From Bdellovibrionales bacterium (GTDB lineage Bacteria > Bdellovibrionota > Bdellovibrionia > Bdellovibrionales > UBA1609): 64,000 bases of DNA. The stretch is from NCBI GenBank assembly GCA_027317865.1, contig DAHVQG010000002.1, forward strand, positions 1 through 64,000, written 5' to 3'. A program made the position numbers and the translations under genes. Each line of letters begins with the position of its first letter. Within the stretch, counting starts at the first letter, position 1. This document shows positions 60,175 through 64,000 of this stretch, piece by piece. The notes beneath the pieces were generated by a model, which worked only from the letters and a program-made list of their open reading frames with translations, did not search any database and was not told where the DNA came from.

Positions 60175-60990
60175 TCATCCCGCCTTGGTAAAACTCTTTA
60201 AAAATTTTTGCGTTTCGTCGCTTAGCGATTTAAATTTCATCCCGTAGCGAATCGGCATGTTGCGATGACGTAAATCGCTTACGAACTCTTTACTCACAAC
60301 TTGGCAAACGGCGTTGAAAGGCGGCACACCGTCGCCGGGTTTAAAATGCAGATAAAGTTCTTGCCCCGGCAGAATCATTGCGTTCTCCATTACAACACCG
60401 GCACCGCCCTCGCTGATTTCAAGGGCCTTGCCCTTCCAAACCTTTTTGTTGTCGTGAACCAGAATTGTGCCGCCGTAAGCGACCCGCCGAAAGCGTCGGC
60501 GAAAAAACACATCGCTCAACTCAGGCATTGAATCTTTGAGTTTTTTCAATTCCTCTTTGCCGAAATCCGGCAGTTCGGCAATCCGCATCCAGGTATCCAG
60601 GGCCGCATGCCAGGCAAAATCAAATTCAAAAACCGCGCCCTGTTGAAGCATTTTTATAACGTCGATATAAGTAAACGGTCCGAATTTATTGTCGCCTTTC
60701 AAAATAAACCATTCATTGGGCCGCGAATCTTTTGATTGCTCCGGCTGCGGTTGCGACTCGGGCTGCGGCGTTATGTGCTCTTGCTGTTTCGGCGGCGCCT
60801 TTGGTTTTAACGACTTGATTTTTTCAGAAAGCTGCGGGTAATCGAGAAACAAAATCCAGTCGTTGTTTTCTTCGACGTAAATGTAATCGAGCGGCGAAAG
60901 CGTACTGTCCGCTACAAAATGTACAATCTCGTCAATCGAATATGGTCCCATTTGCTGGGATGAGTGCGAGACATAAAATTTTTCTTGCAT
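60175..60990 (-). CDS. GYF_2 (DUF4339) x2 + PilZ domain protein
   Basis: FYV....QMGPYS...W; WFILKGDNKFGPFT...AW...W; RRRFRR and EISEGG PilZ motifs. Confidence 0.88.
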   Translation of the reverse strand: MQEKFYVSHSSQQMGPYSIDEIVHFVADSTLSPLDYIYVEENNDWILFLDYPQLSEKIKSLKPKAPPKQQEHITPQPESQPQPEQSKDSRPNEWFILKGDNKFGPFTYIDVIKMLQQGAVFEFDFAWHAALDTWMRIAELPDFGKEELKKLKDSMPELSDVFFRRRFRRVAYGGTILVHDNKKVWKGKALEISEGGAGVVMENAMILPGQELYLHFKPGDGVPPFNAVCQVVSKEFVSDLRHRNMPIRYGMKFKSLSDETQKFLKSFTKAG

Positions 60991-61024
60991 GAGTTATTTT
61001 GCCTCCGACAGTTATCCGATCTAT

Positions 61025-61051
61025 TTATCGGGATCTTTGCCACTTGGCTAA
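61025..61051 (-). promoter_or_regulatory. Putative internal sigma28 promoter for GYF-PilZ/gltD...
   Basis: TTAG-N15-CCCGATAA, ~35 nt upstream of ATG 60990. Confidence 0.6.
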
Positions 61052-61055
61052 AGAC

Positions 61056-61110
61056 TCATTCGTGTAACACACGAATGAAAAAGTTCGTTAAAACGTCGAA
61101 GTTTTTAACG
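61056..61110 (-). terminator. Two hairpins downstream of aglS-2
   Basis: TCATTCGTG-TAACA-CACGAATGA and CGTTAAAA...TTTTAACG. Confidence 0.5.
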
Positions 61111-61146
61111 GATCACGTTGAGAAATAGCGCTGGACAAAAGTATTA

Positions 61147-61656
61147 TTATTTACTCATAACGGCGAATTTGACGTTGGCGTACCCAACGAGCATCGCGGT
61201 GTATAAAACCTTTTGAAGGGTCGAGTAAGGCAAATCTTTGTCGACCTCCATAAAAATTCGGCCGTTGAAGTTTACGGTGTTGTTAACCTTGGCTAGATTT
61301 TTGACCTGATCGGCCTTCTTATCGAGCGCATTGTATAACGATCGAATAAAAGAAGGATCGCGGGGGTCGATATCGCTTGCCGCAATTTGACCATTGTTGA
61401 TTGCGGCCACCTGCTTTCCGCCGACGAAAACTCCCTGCTTTGAAACAATAAGTTTCAGAGTGTCAATTGGATCAATCGAAGAAGTCGACGCCGGAAGACG
61501 CAACAATTTATTGGGCGTGATATTCACAGGGCTGGTGGAATAGCTTTTAAGAAGAAAAACAAGCAAGATGATGAACATATCCACCATCGAGGTAATTTGA
61601 ATTTTAAAACCCGAGCTGCGGTTATCGAGGTATCTTTTAAACCCGCCGTGTTTCAT
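61147..61656 (-). CDS. aglS: AglS-like ExbD/TolR subunit
   Basis: ITSMVDMFIILLVFLLKSYS; DKDLPYSTLQKVLYT. Confidence 0.85.
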   Translation of the reverse strand: MKHGGFKRYLDNRSSGFKIQITSMVDMFIILLVFLLKSYSTSPVNITPNKLLRLPASTSSIDPIDTLKLIVSKQGVFVGGKQVAAINNGQIAASDIDPRDPSFIRSLYNALDKKADQVKNLAKVNNTVNFNGRIFMEVDKDLPYSTLQKVLYTAMLVGYANVKFAVMSK

Positions 61657-61659
61657 CGC

Positions 61660-62196
61660 CTAGCCTCCGACATTACCGAAAGTAACATTAGGAAACAGCT
61701 CATACGCGCTCGAATCAACGGGAATCGGCGTGTCGCCGAACGATGCTTTCGCCTGTGGTCGCGGCCGCTCGCGAACTTCGTCCATGATGTGGACAAGGTC
61801 GTTAAATGCCACGTCGCCTTGAGGCATAAGTTGAAGTTGCGTTACTTTTGGGTGTTCCTTTTTTATTGCAATCGCGGACGACAAAAGCCCTTTTAAATCG
61901 AAGTGGCCGTTCTTGTTGGCGATAGCCATCCGTTGCACGCGACCCGAAGGTGACGTGACTTCAAAGACAAACCCATGCGCCTTCGAAATTTGAAGCGATA
62001 TTGTGGTTTGCGGTTTTGGCGCGTGTTTGATTTCGCTTTTGCTTACAATTTGCGGAGTTGGCGCATTGATCATCCTTATTTGCACAAATGCGATACTCAA
62101 AAGCAGCATCGGAACAATCGATACGATGATATCTAAAAAAGGCGCCAAATTGAGAGCGAAAGTGGAATCCTCGACTCGCGTTCGCATGGTTCTCAT
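61660..62196 (-). CDS. aglQ: AglQ-like ExbD/TolR subunit
   Basis: LNLAPFLDIIVSIVPMLL; LVHIMDEVR...LFPNVTF; start set at ATG 62196 after GGAGGG. Confidence 0.83.
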   Translation of the reverse strand: MRTMRTRVEDSTFALNLAPFLDIIVSIVPMLLLSIAFVQIRMINAPTPQIVSKSEIKHAPKPQTTISLQISKAHGFVFEVTSPSGRVQRMAIANKNGHFDLKGLLSSAIAIKKEHPKVTQLQLMPQGDVAFNDLVHIMDEVRERPRPQAKASFGDTPIPVDSSAYELFPNVTFGNVGG

Positions 62197-62212
62197 GCCG
62201 GTAAACCCTCCC

Positions 62213-62935
62213 TTAAGCGACCCGCGGTTTCGGGGGCGGTGGAGTTTTACCTTTTGCCACAAGCTCGGCTTTCATCCCATTTGGATAAACGGTGTTCTGT
62301 TTAAATGGCGCAAATCCCCGGGCCTTTAAAAACTCGATCACTTTGTGGGAATGTAAATCCATCTCGGAGAAAATTTTCGTCTGGCGGGAGTGTAAAAACG
62401 AATACAAAAACATCGTCGGAATCGCAACCATAAGTCCCATAGCCGTTGACGACATGGCGATTGAAATACCTTCCGCTAGTAATGTTTGCTTTTGTGCAGG
62501 ATCCGCAAAGCTCACCGCCTTAAATGCAACAATTAAACCTGAAACGGTTCCAAGCAACCCAATGAGAGTGACAACGTTAGCGACCATCGAAAGATGGCCT
62601 AAATTTTTTGAAATTTTTGGTCCCACTTCGCCGGCCGCGATGTCAACCGCATCGAGCATTGCTTCATCTTCGCGGTCACTGTGCTCCAAAATACGTTTGA
62701 TCACGTAAGGTAACGGCTTCTTTTCGTTCGCCCCGCAGAACGTAATCGCTTCTTCGATTTTGTCCTGATCGAGCATGTGCATAACTTGCTTCATGAACGC
62801 CCCTGTCGGCAGCGACAAATCAAAATACAACGCCTTGAAACGTTCAAAAATAAGGTACATCCCAAATAGCCCTACGCTACCGATACAAATTTCGACAATT
62901 TTGTAGTCGATTAAAAACTTAAGGACTGATTCCAT
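62213..62935 (-). CDS. aglR: AglR-like MotA/TolQ/ExbB subunit
   Basis: LIGLLGTVSGLIVAF...GISIAMSSTAMGL; C-terminal TPPPPKP. Confidence 0.87.
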   Translation of the reverse strand: MESVLKFLIDYKIVEICIGSVGLFGMYLIFERFKALYFDLSLPTGAFMKQVMHMLDQDKIEEAITFCGANEKKPLPYVIKRILEHSDREDEAMLDAVDIAAGEVGPKISKNLGHLSMVANVVTLIGLLGTVSGLIVAFKAVSFADPAQKQTLLAEGISIAMSSTAMGLMVAIPTMFLYSFLHSRQTKIFSEMDLHSHKVIEFLKARGFAPFKQNTVYPNGMKAELVAKGKTPPPPKPRVA

Positions 62936-63006
62936 CTTGAACTCCCCTTTTTGGCCTCTGAAGTCGCGTTCAAAATGTCACGCACACTCCGCAGCCTCTA
63001 TGGCGT

Positions 63007-63034
63007 TCATCGGACTTATGTCAGCTCAACTTAA
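63007..63034 (-). promoter_or_regulatory. Putative sigma28 promoter of aglRQS-2
   Basis: TTAAG-N15-TCCGATGA, ~70 nt upstream of the aglR ATG. Confidence 0.6.
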
Positions 63035-63224
63035 AATTGCAATTTATTGTCGAATATTTTTACAGGACGCAGTAATACTGTGCGACGCGACCTGCATGGC
63101 CCGGAAAAATCATATGACTTTCATTTAGGCCGCTTTTTTAAATCTTTTTTCACATGCCATTAGTTTTATAGTAGCACCAGTCTTCAAAGGCCAAGTTCAT
63201 ACTATATTTAAAAGAGGGATAATT

Positions 63225-63881
63225 ATGCTTCTAAGTAAGAAAGCCATACTATTTCTGTTTGTGGCACTTTCGTTTGTCGGGTTTTCACAGGCCGTATTTT
63301 CGCAGTCGTTAAATAATCCAACATATATTTGCAACGCCGCGACTAAAGTACCACAGCATCAACAAGCATTTTGGGGAAATGAATCGTCTTTACTAGTCCA
63401 GGCGCGAACTTCAGCTATGAATAAATGCAAAACGGATTCAACCGTTTCAACCTACTGTCATCCGTTTGATTGCTATTACATTGTCGACCGCGGATTTGGC
63501 CATACTGGCCTGCAACCCGTTACGGGGTTCTTGCAAAACCCAACCGCAAATCCAGTAAACAGCCGCCTTGCCGCACTCCCCGATAATCAATTGCTCAAGT
63601 TGGTTTGGGGTCCAAAATTGAATTCTTATAACGCGATTGAGCATTGCTATTTAATGCATGAAAGTGACCGCGCCTATACATCGATTAGACGCCACCACGG
63701 CATGTCCGATTACTACTTGGTTTCGGTAAAAAGATATTCGAGTTATCCGGATACCGTAACCTCCGCGCGGTTCTTTTTTAAAGAAAATCACGATGCACAA
63801 GCGCTTCACGGAGCACTCAATAGCCTCAGAGAGTTTCTCTTGTCCAGAACTTGTGAGCATTTGCTCCCCAATCCACTATAG
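63225..63881 (+). CDS. Secreted hypothetical protein with a Cys-containing N-terminal domain
   Basis: SD GAGGG; signal peptide; C...AMNKC......YC...C pattern. Confidence 0.7.
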   Translation: MLLSKKAILFLFVALSFVGFSQAVFSQSLNNPTYICNAATKVPQHQQAFWGNESSLLVQARTSAMNKCKTDSTVSTYCHPFDCYYIVDRGFGHTGLQPVTGFLQNPTANPVNSRLAALPDNQLLKLVWGPKLNSYNAIEHCYLMHESDRAYTSIRRHHGMSDYYLVSVKRYSSYPDTVTSARFFFKENHDAQALHGALNSLREFLLSRTCEHLLPNPL

Positions 63882-64000
63882 TGAAGCGTTTTGCGCCGAG
63901 GCTTTCAAAAACTGGGCGCAGGAATAAGAGCCACAGTAGAACCGTAAAAAAAAGACAGAGCTTCATAACTAAAAGTTTAAAAATCACGCCATACTAAAAT

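Overview
A 64 kb chromosomal segment, most likely from a predatory Bdellovibrionota (Bdellovibrio-like) bacterium. The inference rests on the Agl-Glt clusters, a short 278-aa flagellin, an FQNC-type lipoprotein and a split nuo operon. No rRNA, tRNA, CRISPR, transposase, integrase or prophage was recognised. Main contents: (1) kdsB-pyrG-kdsD, then a 10-gene Agl-Glt (gliding motility/surface transport) cluster, then lptC(A)-lptB-rpoN; (2) housekeeping genes polA, eno, clpB, recO and an orphan CpaF/TadA ATPase; (3) flagellin with a ~240-nt GGA-rich leader; (4) the soluble arm of complex I only (nuoB-CD-E-F-G-I), followed by a degenerate IscS-like protein; (5) an S8 protease; (6) a second, rearranged Agl-Glt cluster. 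Top candidate for an undescribed system: each Agl-Glt cluster has its own GYF_2-GYF_2-PilZ protein plus a cytoplasmic polyproline tract on a different subunit, suggesting a c-di-GMP-gated clutch in place of GltJ. Other leads are the CsrA-type leader with mini-ORFs, shared sigma28-like promoters, a basic/acidic block-polyampholyte protein and a pseudo-desulfurase. All family calls come from motif recognition by eye; no database searches were run.
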